64,000 nucleotides of DNA. Source: an uncultured bacterium. Lineage in GTDB: Bacteria; Oederibacteriota; PGYV01; CAWJRG01. The notes below the pieces were generated by a model. The model had not been told where the DNA came from. It did not search any database and saw only the letters and a program-made list of their open reading frames with translations. Positions 9,208 to 17,410 of this stretch are shown here, one piece after another. Location of the stretch: assembly GCA_963845185.1 (NCBI GenBank), contig CAWJRG010000009.1, positions 832,001 through 896,000 of the forward strand, in the 5' to 3' direction. A program made the position numbers and the translations under genes. How positions within the stretch are numbered: the first letter of the stretch is position 1; the number at the start of each line of letters is the position of its first letter.

Positions 9208-9387
9208 TTAATATGGTAACCGAGGTGTTATAGATATATTTCAGCCCAGCACGTCGGATAAAAGCGGGTTTATGAAGGAATATTTCGTGGATTCCTAGTT
9301 ATAGGCAGAGGCCTTGCCTGCTTCAAGCTCCGCCTTAAAGCGCGAAACGAGTTTTATGAGGTTTTGTTTTGCCTGTTGTTTGTCCAT
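9208..9387 (-). pseudogene. Decayed 5' fragment of a type I HsdR-N / type IIG-like restriction enzyme gene
   Basis: MDKQQAKQNLIKLVSRFKAELEAGKASAYN*ESTKYSFINPLLSDVLG*; resembles the nE..Tr..fI.Pll..LGW motif, with stops at the E and W positions. Confidence 0.6.
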
Positions 9388-9401
9388 ATAACCACCCTAT
9401 T

Positions 9402-9815
9402 TTAAATTTTAAATCTGTCAATTATCCCGAATGTTTTCGCATGGCTTTCCGAAATTTCAAATGAAATCCCGGGTGTCTTGTTTATATTCATGCGGATTTT
9501 ATCTTCCCTTCTTTCAGCCGATATGTCCGGCCACGGTATGAACAACGGCGGGTGAAACGGCCTGGATAAAAAATGCATGTGTACATGCAGTCCGTCGCTG
9601 TCTGCCGTGCCGTAAACAAAGCCATTGTAACTGAAGAAACGCATTCCTATTGTGGTAATCCGTATCGGCTTGTTTTCGCGTTTCTTGTCCGGCGGTGTCC
9701 TGTAAAGTTCAGTTAGCGTCTTCCACCCTCCCACTGTCGAGCTTACAAACATCGCGATGGGATAAAGAAGGATAACAAGGAAAAAAGAATATCTCGCCCA
9801 TAAATCATGCATCAT
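9402..9815 (-). CDS. Hypothetical membrane-anchored protein, copy 2
   Basis: Differs from 5014-5424 by three substitutions (S/P, Q/E, Y/S) and an extra initial Met. Confidence 0.75.
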   Translation of the reverse strand: MMHDLWARYSFFLVILLYPIAMFVSSTVGGWKTLTELYRTPPDKKRENKPIRITTIGMRFFSYNGFVYGTADSDGLHVHMHFLSRPFHPPLFIPWPDISAERREDKIRMNINKTPGISFEISESHAKTFGIIDRFKI

Positions 9816-9878
9816 ATTTACCTGTCTTTCATTTAAGAATTTGGAATTTCATGCATTCAAAATACATTGATAATTATC

Positions 9879-10874
9879 TTAATACGTCTTCGCAAAGCGG
9901 AAACCGGCATTGATGACCGCGCTATACGCGGAGTTGTTAGCGCGGTCGCCCACCTGCAGGAGGTACGCTACATAAAAGGCAGTGTTGAAGCTCCCGCCCC
10001 GCATCACACGGAGGGAGCCGCTTGCCGGCCCTGTGTAATTAATTTGTGCTGTAGTGGGATATGTCCCAAACCAGTCCCAGCACAATTCCCACGCATCACC
10101 CGACATATCATATATTCCAAGCGCGTTCGCGGCTAACGTGCCTACAGCCTGCGTACTAAAGCAATTTGAACTAAACCACGCTACAACCTCGGTTGCAGGT
10201 ATGTCGCTGACAGTATCTGTCGCGCCGCTGGCATAGTCATAAGGCGTCCAGTTTGTCCCGTCTATATAGCTTGCCGCGTACTGGTGTTCACCTTCTGTAG
10301 GAAGCCTGTATCCATCTGCGTTCCAGTTTACATACGGGTTATCATAACACCCTGCTGCCGTACAGGTAGTAGTGCCATACGCCCCGTTTACAGAACTATT
10401 AATAGCCGTGGTAAGCCCCGAGTCTGAATAATACACAGGGGTCAACCCTGTTTCCCGGCTGAATGCATTACACCACACAATAGCGTCGCGCCAGTTGACA
10501 GTTGTTACCGGCTGATATTCCGCAGAGGTCGGCGCGGCACCCGCCGTCCCATTGGAACCCTCTGCGCCTGCATTTTGAAAAGTATATCCGTTGGCAACGG
10601 CCCATTGATATACTGTATACCATAAATAATACGGCACCTTATACTTGCCCATCTTAAAAGCAGATATTGTGTGGCTGAAACTATTTGTTCCGTCGGTCTG
10701 CGTAAATGTCCCTCCCGGAACCGATACAAGATCCGTATAAAAAGCAATAGGCGTTGGTGCTGGAACAGCAGGTGTCTGCGTTACTGCAGGCACGGCAGGT
10801 GAATGCAATTTTTTGCAGCTGGCTATAATTAATATTGCGACGAGAATCAATACCAGGATTAAAAATTTTTTCAT
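9879..10874 (-). CDS. Lipoprotein with FGE-sulfatase/SUMF1 (C-type lectin fold) domain
   Basis: Lipobox IASC; PVTTVNWRDAIVWCN, GYRLPTEGE, NALGIYDMSG..WELCWDW, RVMRGGS and GFRFA motifs. Confidence 0.9.
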   Translation of the reverse strand: MKKFLILVLILVAILIIASCKKLHSPAVPAVTQTPAVPAPTPIAFYTDLVSVPGGTFTQTDGTNSFSHTISAFKMGKYKVPYYLWYTVYQWAVANGYTFQNAGAEGSNGTAGAAPTSAEYQPVTTVNWRDAIVWCNAFSRETGLTPVYYSDSGLTTAINSSVNGAYGTTTCTAAGCYDNPYVNWNADGYRLPTEGEHQYAASYIDGTNWTPYDYASGATDTVSDIPATEVVAWFSSNCFSTQAVGTLAANALGIYDMSGDAWELCWDWFGTYPTTAQINYTGPASGSLRVMRGGSFNTAFYVAYLLQVGDRANNSAYSAVINAGFRFAKTY

Positions 10875-10881
10875 AAAATCT

Positions 10882-11358
10882 TCACCTCAATTCATAATTG
10901 TACGGCTCCTGCTTTATATCAACGGTAAAATTTTTTGTTGTCTTTGCAACTTCGATACCCAATAAAATCTGCTCCGCCATTGCGGGAACCGCGCCACTTT
11001 TCGAACATGGCTGCCCCAGGGTCACAATGATATTGTTGCTGTTCGAGGGGTCATTGCCCACGCCTGCCAGGTACGCTCCGGTGCCGCCGATATACTCATC
11101 AATTATAAAATAGGTTTTATTTATAAAATCCCATGATGTTGGCGTTGTACCGCCCGGGCAATATACATCAAAATCCGCCAATGAATTGACAGTGAAAGTC
11201 CCTGTCGTGCAGTCCGGCGGTGATACCGAGTTATATGAAATGTCGTTTGGCCCTGTCACCTTGGTACATTGTTTCTGGCATGCGTTAAAAGCAAGGATAA
11301 GTGCCGCAGCGGCAAATAGAAGAAGATTCTTTATGACTGCCTTCCGGTATTTTTTCAC
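10882..11358 (-). CDS. Hypothetical lipoprotein (possible PrcB-C-like domain)
   Basis: Lipobox FNAC; loosely similar to 46370-47014 (DF.NK, Cys pattern). Confidence 0.6.
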   Translation of the reverse strand: MKKYRKAVIKNLLLFAAAALILAFNACQKQCTKVTGPNDISYNSVSPPDCTTGTFTVNSLADFDVYCPGGTTPTSWDFINKTYFIIDEYIGGTGAYLAGVGNDPSNSNNIIVTLGQPCSKSGAVPAMAEQILLGIEVAKTTKNFTVDIKQEPYNYELR

Positions 11359-11365
11359 TTACCGC

Positions 11366-11455
11366 CTCCGTTTTAAGTAATTTTCAATTCTCGATTTCCA
11401 ATTATCAATTAAATTTTTTCATTGAAAACTGACAATTATTAATTGACAATTGTTT
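11366..11455. repeat. AT-rich heptamer-repeat palindromic intergenic element
   Basis: aattttc/aattctc/gatttcc/aattatc units followed by inverted aactgac/aattgac units. Confidence 0.65.
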
Positions 11456-11458
11456 CAA

Positions 11459-12439
11459 CTATTGCGACCACCAGACGTCGTTTAAATACCCTCCGCTGCC
11501 GTCGCCGCAAAGCACCCACATCTCGTTGTTAAACACAACACTTGTGTGTCCCGCCCTTGCGCTGAACGCAGCCGGGTTTGCCGCTTCCATCCAGTTTGCC
11601 CCGTCCGTGGAATACCAGACATCATTCATATAGCCTGTGTTTTCATCACCTCCAATCACCCACATTGCCCCGCTGTATACTATGCTTGATTGGTCTCCTC
11701 TCGGACCGAAAGCTGCCGTGCCTGTTACCTGTACCCAGGAAACTCCGTTACTTGAGCTCCACACGTCGCTTAAATAACTGCCGTCAAACCCGGCTATCAC
11801 CCATATTTTATTTTTATATACCACGCTGCTGTGGTTTTCTCTCCCGCTGAAAAGCGCACCTGATGTAGCCGGGATCCACGTAACCCCGTTGCCTGAATAC
11901 CAGACATCGTTTAAACGGCCTGCCGTCTCCGCGCCACCTATCACCCACATCTGATTGTTAAAAACTACGCTGCTGTGGCCCACCCTGCTCGGAAAATTTG
12001 CCGTGCCCGTGACCTGCGTCCATGTATTGCCATCGCCCGAGCTCCACACATCGTTGTATATTGTTAGGCCGCTTGAGCCGGCTATTACCCACATTGCGTT
12101 ATTGTATACCACGCTGGTATGTCCGTACCTTGCGCTGAATGACGGTGTTGCCGCCTGCTGCCAGCCAGCGCCGTTTTGTGAATACCATACGTCCTTTAAA
12201 TCGCCGGAAACCCCTGTCCCGGCAATGATCCAGACATCATTGTTGAATACCACGCTTGTATGCGCTGACCTTGCGGCAAAAGGCGAGCCGTTCAGCGCTT
12301 TTGCCCAAATTATACCCGATACGGGCGTGTTTGTAGCTGTTGCTGCAGGCGCAGGCGACGAGGGCGAGGATTTTTTCGAGCAGTTGGATATGATTACAAT
12401 TGCGAAGAGAACTAAAATTGGAATTAAATTTTTTTTCAT
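11459..12439 (-). CDS. Lipoprotein with kelch-like beta-propeller
   Basis: Lipobox ISNC; six repeats of FSAR.GHTSVV.NN.MWVIAG...NDVW.S.DG..W. Confidence 0.9.
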   Translation of the reverse strand: MKKNLIPILVLFAIVIISNCSKKSSPSSPAPAATATNTPVSGIIWAKALNGSPFAARSAHTSVVFNNDVWIIAGTGVSGDLKDVWYSQNGAGWQQAATPSFSARYGHTSVVYNNAMWVIAGSSGLTIYNDVWSSGDGNTWTQVTGTANFPSRVGHSSVVFNNQMWVIGGAETAGRLNDVWYSGNGVTWIPATSGALFSGRENHSSVVYKNKIWVIAGFDGSYLSDVWSSSNGVSWVQVTGTAAFGPRGDQSSIVYSGAMWVIGGDENTGYMNDVWYSTDGANWMEAANPAAFSARAGHTSVVFNNEMWVLCGDGSGGYLNDVWWSQ

Positions 12440-12578
12440 AACGCCTCCATTTTCAAATGATTCTCAATTACCGGTTGTAATTTAACTTCACCGAAAATTA
12501 AAAATATTTTGCCGTATTTTAATATAAAAACAGGTTTATGGACTGTCACTGACTTTAAGACAACGGCTCTACTTTTAA

Positions 12579-13022
12579 TTATAATCCATTATCCTGGCAG
12601 GCCACCCAGTGTGAATCTATGGCCGAGGTATTGCCGCTTACAGTTATTGTATGCGTGGATCCCAGTGTTACTGAAAAAGCGCACCAGTTGACATAATAGC
12701 CGTTTGTACCGTTTACATTTACATTGTATGAATCTGTAGCCGGTATGCCGATACTTACATCCGCTGAAGTGCCTGCTGTTATTGAACAGCTCTGCGAATA
12801 ACTGCTTGAATCCGAATTGCGCACTAATTGCACTGAAACAATAGTTTTTGTTGCGCCCGAATCGCTGTTGGTGATGTTGAACATAACATAATTCGGAGTC
12901 TGCGTTGGTATAGGCCCCGGCGATGTGGATGATTTTTTTGTACAACCGAGGTTAAGCATGTTTAAAACAATAAAACAACATCCAACAAAAAAGACTGCTG
13001 AAAATTTTTTGTGAGTAGACAT
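12579..13022 (-). CDS. Hypothetical lipoprotein; 3' exon of the intron-split gene (original ATG at 14918)
   Basis: Lipobox NLGC and KKSSTSP linker. This ORF's ATG (13022) lies inside intron domain VI; splicing gives MKKFSAV... Confidence 0.8.
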   Translation of the reverse strand: MSTHKKFSAVFFVGCCFIVLNMLNLGCTKKSSTSPGPIPTQTPNYVMFNITNSDSGATKTIVSVQLVRNSDSSSYSQSCSITAGTSADVSIGIPATDSYNVNVNGTNGYYVNWCAFSVTLGSTHTITVSGNTSAIDSHWVACQDNGL

Positions 13023-14914
13023 CTTTTATAACCTCCTTTGGTTACTTAATGCCCCTCTCAGAACCGAACGTGACCGTTTCGGTCATTCGGCTCCACGGGA
13101 ATACTTCCTAATACGATGACAGCGAATAGGTTAAATGATATATCCTGGGTTCCGGCAATGGGTTGTATCTTAGAAAGCGGCAAAACTGTTCCCAGTTGTA
13201 ACTTCTTTTCTGGCTTCGCCTGTTTATCCATTTATAGGCGAGCGCACGATTTCTCCAGTAGAATTTTGTTATTTGGGGCATATTACCGCTTATCCCGTAA
13301 TAATTGTAGTGGCCCGTTAACTTTCTTCCTAATGCCTGCCACCACTGTTTTAATTCCACAAGATTTCTTACGCTCTTTAGCCAGAAGTTCGTCGCCTTCA
13401 TCTTCTGTTTGAATTTTGTACTTGCCGTCCTTCGGCCTAATTTGAAGCCGCCCTTTCTGGTTTTGTCGCAGTAATGAGTAAACCCGAGGAAATCAAAGGT
13501 CGGAATTTTCCCGCCTGTATCTTTGGACTTATACCAGGCGTGGCGCCCGAATACGATTATTCTCGATTTATCTTTGGCGATTTTGAGGCCAAACTTATCA
13601 AGCCTCTGTCTTAACATTTCGCCAAACTCCTTTGCTTCGCTGTCATATTGGAACAGCACAACAAAGTCATCGGCATAACGTATCAGACTGGCGTATCCTT
13701 TGAGCTGTCTCTTGACATGCCTTTCGAACCACAGGTCTAATATGTAGTGTAGGTAGATGTTCGCCAGTAATGGGCTTAGTATTCCGCCCTGCGGCGTCCC
13801 TTTATCCGTTTCGATAAACTTACCTTCTTCCATAATCCCTGCATTTAATATCCTGCCGATTAACCTTATCAGGTTTGTATCGGCAATCCTTTGCGTAAGG
13901 CATTTCATTAGCCATTTGTGGTTTATGGTATCGAAAAACTTCTCAATGTCCATATCCACTACTGCGTTGACTGGCTTTGTCATTACTTCCTTATCCAGAA
14001 TTTTCAATGCCTGATGACAATTTCTGTCAGGCCTGAACCCGTAAGATACTTCGCTGAAGTCTACCTCAAAGATTGACTCAAGAATTTTCTTTACCCCCAT
14101 CTGGATTATCTTATCCTCGACGGCAGGTATTCCCAGCGGCCTCTTGTCTCCGTTTGTCTTGGGGATGTAGACGCGCCTTGTTGGTTGCGGTATGTATCTC
14201 CACGCCTTCATCCTATTGATTAAATCCTTGATATTTGCCTCTTTGTTGACTTCATATTCCTCTATCCTTACTCCGTCAATGCCCGGGGCTTTGTCCTGTT
14301 TTAACTCCCCAAAGCACTCCATTAGAAACTCCTCATTGAGCAGGTGTATCAGCGATGTAAATCTCAATTTTGGATTTTCCTTTGCCCGCATTGTTATGGT
14401 CATAAGTTTTGTTGCCATTCCGTCTCCACCTCTGTGTGTGGCGGTTGTCTCCCTTATGTCCATACGCATTCCCTCTATCCCCTTTCTCCATCTACTTTCG
14501 TAGACTTCATCGATACTATGGGATAGTCAGACTGCCGGAACATCTTTTGCGGCTCCTTATCTTTTAGGATTTGTCGCCGCATACTCTCGTTTTGAGGGTG
14601 TCCCGGCTCTCCCGAGTTCATATCTGCTCCTTGACATCTTGACACGGACTTAGACCCCGTCGGATTCCCACTCTCTCGCCTTTTTATGATTGTGGGACTG
14701 CTGCCTGCTCTTTTATGAAAAATGTCGGCCTCCGACACGTTGGCGATTTCGGGGCTCAATACCTTCACTTGCGTTGTATCCCGATGTCTCCCGCCTTCCA
14801 GCTTCATTTAGCTCGTTGCCTCACTATTTGTGGAATTTGGTATTGGGCTGGCGGCTGACCTTTGCCCAGGCTGGACTTTCACCAGCGCGAACCGATACGC
14901 TTTTCTCGGCGCAC
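13010..14914 (-). mobile_element. Group II intron (IIB-like ribozyme, class E-like IEP), apparently complete
   Basis: 5' end GTGCG at 14914; domain V GGAGCCGAATGACCGAAACGGTCACGTTCGGTTC at 13094-13061; domain VI with bulged A (ATGTCT-A-CTC); RT ORF within domain IV. Confidence 0.93.
13108..14418 (-). CDS. ltrA: Group II intron reverse transcriptase/maturase without endonuclease domain
   Basis: KAPGIDG, RPLGIP..EDKIIQ, SYGFRP, GTPQGGILSPLLANIYLH, RYADD, FDFLGF and X-domain GHYNYY. Probable start MATKL at 14418; the ORF track gives 14469. Confidence 0.95.
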   Translation of the reverse strand: MATKLMTITMRAKENPKLRFTSLIHLLNEEFLMECFGELKQDKAPGIDGVRIEEYEVNKEANIKDLINRMKAWRYIPQPTRRVYIPKTNGDKRPLGIPAVEDKIIQMGVKKILESIFEVDFSEVSYGFRPDRNCHQALKILDKEVMTKPVNAVVDMDIEKFFDTINHKWLMKCLTQRIADTNLIRLIGRILNAGIMEEGKFIETDKGTPQGGILSPLLANIYLHYILDLWFERHVKRQLKGYASLIRYADDFVVLFQYDSEAKEFGEMLRQRLDKFGLKIAKDKSRIIVFGRHAWYKSKDTGGKIPTFDFLGFTHYCDKTRKGGFKLGRRTASTKFKQKMKATNFWLKSVRNLVELKQWWQALGRKLTGHYNYYGISGNMPQITKFYWRNRALAYKWINRRSQKRSYNWEQFCRFLRYNPLPEPRIYHLTYSLSSY

Positions 14915-15049
14915 TCATAACCGCCTCCTGATTTTTATAACGTTATACACAATATATCAGATAATTATTATTTTTCAATGTGTTTTTGTTGCCCCTTTGG
15001 ATACGCGTTATACGGGAAACGGGATGCGGGAATTGGGAAACGTAAGAGT

Positions 15050-15188
15050 AACCCTAAATCCCCCTAACCCCCTTTATTAAAGGGGGCAAAAATAATACCG
15101 AAAAGCAAACCTCCCTATCCCCTCCTTGTTAATGGAGGAATAAGACAAATCCCCTTGCAGTAGAGACGACCCGGCGGGTCGTCTCTAC
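15050..15188. repeat. Cluster of REP-like elements (CCCCCTTTATTAAAGGGGG type and GTAG-family REP)
   Basis: gtagagacgacccg-g-cgggtcgtctctac at 15160-15188, with copies at 56871-56897 and 63040-63067. CCCC-hairpin type also at 41900-41990 and 46270-46300. Confidence 0.75.
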
Positions 15189-15208
15189 GTTAATCAAGCT
15201 GTAAAAAT

Positions 15209-15244
15209 AAAAAAGTCCCCGGCTGCGCATGCAACCGGGGACTT
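15209..15244 (-). terminator. Intrinsic terminator of the por operon
   Basis: AAGTCCCCGG stem followed by a T-run on the minus strand, downstream of porB. Confidence 0.8.
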
Positions 15245-15264
15245 GTATATTCAGCAGCTTTAAC

Positions 15265-16197
15265 TTACGCTTTGTTTGTGCATTCCTCTTTCATCTGCAA
15301 TTTTGCCCACTGCGCATCTACGTATTTTTGTATTTCATCGACTATGGGCTTGTTTGCCGGGATCAAAAGGTGTTTGAACCTGGACTGCATCTTGAAGAAT
15401 TCTTCAACCGGCAGTTTTGTCTGCGGCTTATAGGTTATCTTATACTTGCCGTTTTCGACCTCATAATGCGGCCACATGCACGTATCAGCGGCCATCTTCG
15501 CTATCTTTACTGTCTTTGACGTATCGTATCCCCAGCCCAAAACGCATGGCGAGTACATGTTCACGAATTTCGGCCCTGTTATTGAAAATGCCTTCTCGAA
15601 TTTCTTTGTCGAGTCAGGCCAGAAGCCTATAGAGGTCTGCGCCACGTACGGTATATTATGCGCTACCATTATTTCCGTAAGGTCCTTTGGAAACTGTATT
15701 TTTCCTACAACTACTTTGCCTACCGGCGCTGTTGTTGTCTGCGCTGCCCTGGGGGTAGCGGATGAGCGCTGCACGCCTGTGTTCATATACGCGTCGTTGT
15801 TATAGCACACGTAAAGCATGTCGTGCCCGCGCTCCATGGCGCCGGACAATGACTGTATGCCTATGTCGTATGTACCGCCGTCGCCGCCGAAAGCCACAAA
15901 CTTGATGGTCTTGTCTATCCTGCCCTGTTTCTTCAGGGACTGGTAAGCTCCCTCTATGCCCGAGCAGGTCGCAGCTGAGTTTTCAAACGCGTTGTGCATA
16001 AAAGGCACCTTCCACGCCGAAAACGGGAATATGGTGGAAGTGACTTCCATACATCCGGTTGCGTTTACCACGATGACAGGGTCCTTGCATGAAGAAAGCA
16101 CCTGTTTTATCGCTATGGGAAATCCGCAGCCCGCGCATGCCCTGTGGCCGCCTGTAAACTTTGTTTCTACTGTTGCTGATTGTTTTGGTGTCGCCAT
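15265..16197 (-). CDS. porB: Pyruvate/2-oxoacid:ferredoxin oxidoreductase beta subunit
   Basis: GHRACAGC, GGDGGTYDIG TPP motif, YMNTGVQRS. Confidence 0.93.
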   Translation of the reverse strand: MATPKQSATVETKFTGGHRACAGCGFPIAIKQVLSSCKDPVIVVNATGCMEVTSTIFPFSAWKVPFMHNAFENSAATCSGIEGAYQSLKKQGRIDKTIKFVAFGGDGGTYDIGIQSLSGAMERGHDMLYVCYNNDAYMNTGVQRSSATPRAAQTTTAPVGKVVVGKIQFPKDLTEIMVAHNIPYVAQTSIGFWPDSTKKFEKAFSITGPKFVNMYSPCVLGWGYDTSKTVKIAKMAADTCMWPHYEVENGKYKITYKPQTKLPVEEFFKMQSRFKHLLIPANKPIVDEIQKYVDAQWAKLQMKEECTNKA

Positions 16198-16210
16198 GTT
16201 TTTGCCTCCT

Positions 16211-17395
16211 CTACTCTTTCAAGCCGATATACTGGACTAGTTCCGGCTGTTTTTTGCCTGCGGCAACGTCTTTCAGGTTCCTGTAGACATTCTTGATGTC
16301 CTCTATGAATATTTCCCTGCCGCCAAGTCCGTATATATAGCTTGCTAAAGGTATTTTTGACCCTGCATCAAACAGGCCTGCCTTGATTTCTGTGGAAAGC
16401 GGGCCTGCCTGGTTTGACAGGCTCTCTGCCCTGTCAAGCACTGCGACTGCCTTTGCCTTTGAAATCGCCGCGGCTATTTCCTCAGCAGGAAACGGCCTGA
16501 ATGCTCTGACTCTCACGAGCCCTGCTTTTACGCCTTCGTTCCTCAGCTCCTCTATCGCGGTTTTTGTTGTGCCTGCAGTGGAGCCTATGGATATTGTTAT
16601 ATAATCCGCGTCATCTGTCCTGTATTTCTCTATCAAACCGTATTCCTTGCCGAATGTCTTGCCGAACTCCCTGTCTATTTCTGTTATTACCCTTTTCGCG
16701 TTTTTCATGGCCTCGTGCTGGGCCTTTTTGAACTCAAGGTAATAGTCGGTCAAAACAAGCGAGCCGACCGTAATCGGGTGGTCGGTATCCATTAGGTTAT
16801 AAGCCGGGTTATACGGCCCTATGAACTTCTGGACCTCTGCGTCCGGGTACATATCCAGCCTTTCCATGCCGTGGCTGATTATAAAACCATCCGTGGTCAC
16901 GACAACAGGCGTCAGCACGTCCTTGTGCTCAGCTATCCTTATGGCCTGTATCATTGTATCGTATGCCTCCTGCGAGTTCTCGCAGTAAAGCTGTATCCAG
17001 CCTGAATCCCTCTCTGCCATTGTGTCCGAGTGGTCGCAGTGGATGTTTATCGGAGATGATAATGCCCTGTTTACGTCAGCGAGCACTATGGGCAGCCTTA
17101 ATCCTGCCACTATAAAAAGTATTTCATGCATGAGCGCTAGCCCCTGTGACGACGTGGCTGTCATTGTCCTTGCCCCTGCCGCGGCTGAGCCTGCGCACGC
17201 GCTCATGGCGCTGTGCTCTGACTCGACCGTAATCAGGTTTGTCTTTACCAGGCCGTCCGCCACAAACCCGGCAAAAATCTGCATTATTTCCGTGGCCGGC
17301 GTTATCGGGTAGGCAGCGCAGACATCAGGGTTTATCTGGCGCATGGCTTCTGCCATTGCCTCATTGCCTGTCCTTGCTACTATTGTTTTTTCCAT
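16211..17395 (-). CDS. porA: Pyruvate/2-oxoacid:ferredoxin oxidoreductase alpha subunit
   Basis: AAYPITP, VESEHSAMS, TATSSQGL, GLGGR. Confidence 0.93.
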   Translation of the reverse strand: MEKTIVARTGNEAMAEAMRQINPDVCAAYPITPATEIMQIFAGFVADGLVKTNLITVESEHSAMSACAGSAAAGARTMTATSSQGLALMHEILFIVAGLRLPIVLADVNRALSSPINIHCDHSDTMAERDSGWIQLYCENSQEAYDTMIQAIRIAEHKDVLTPVVVTTDGFIISHGMERLDMYPDAEVQKFIGPYNPAYNLMDTDHPITVGSLVLTDYYLEFKKAQHEAMKNAKRVITEIDREFGKTFGKEYGLIEKYRTDDADYITISIGSTAGTTKTAIEELRNEGVKAGLVRVRAFRPFPAEEIAAAISKAKAVAVLDRAESLSNQAGPLSTEIKAGLFDAGSKIPLASYIYGLGGREIFIEDIKNVYRNLKDVAAGKKQPELVQYIGLKE

Positions 17396-17410
17396 ATGTT
17401 TTTTCTCCTC

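Noticed and set aside
1139..13022. Integron cassette array
   Set aside because: No integrase and no convincing attC sites (RYYYAAC...GTTRRRY) seen between the genes.
13108..14469. RT as a DGR, retron or defence RT
   Set aside because: It has YADD, a maturase X domain and flanking GTGCG, domain V and domain VI, so it is a group II intron protein.
14475..14807. 110-aa minus-strand ORF upstream of the RT
   Set aside because: Lies within intron domains I-III; an incidental frame in structured RNA.
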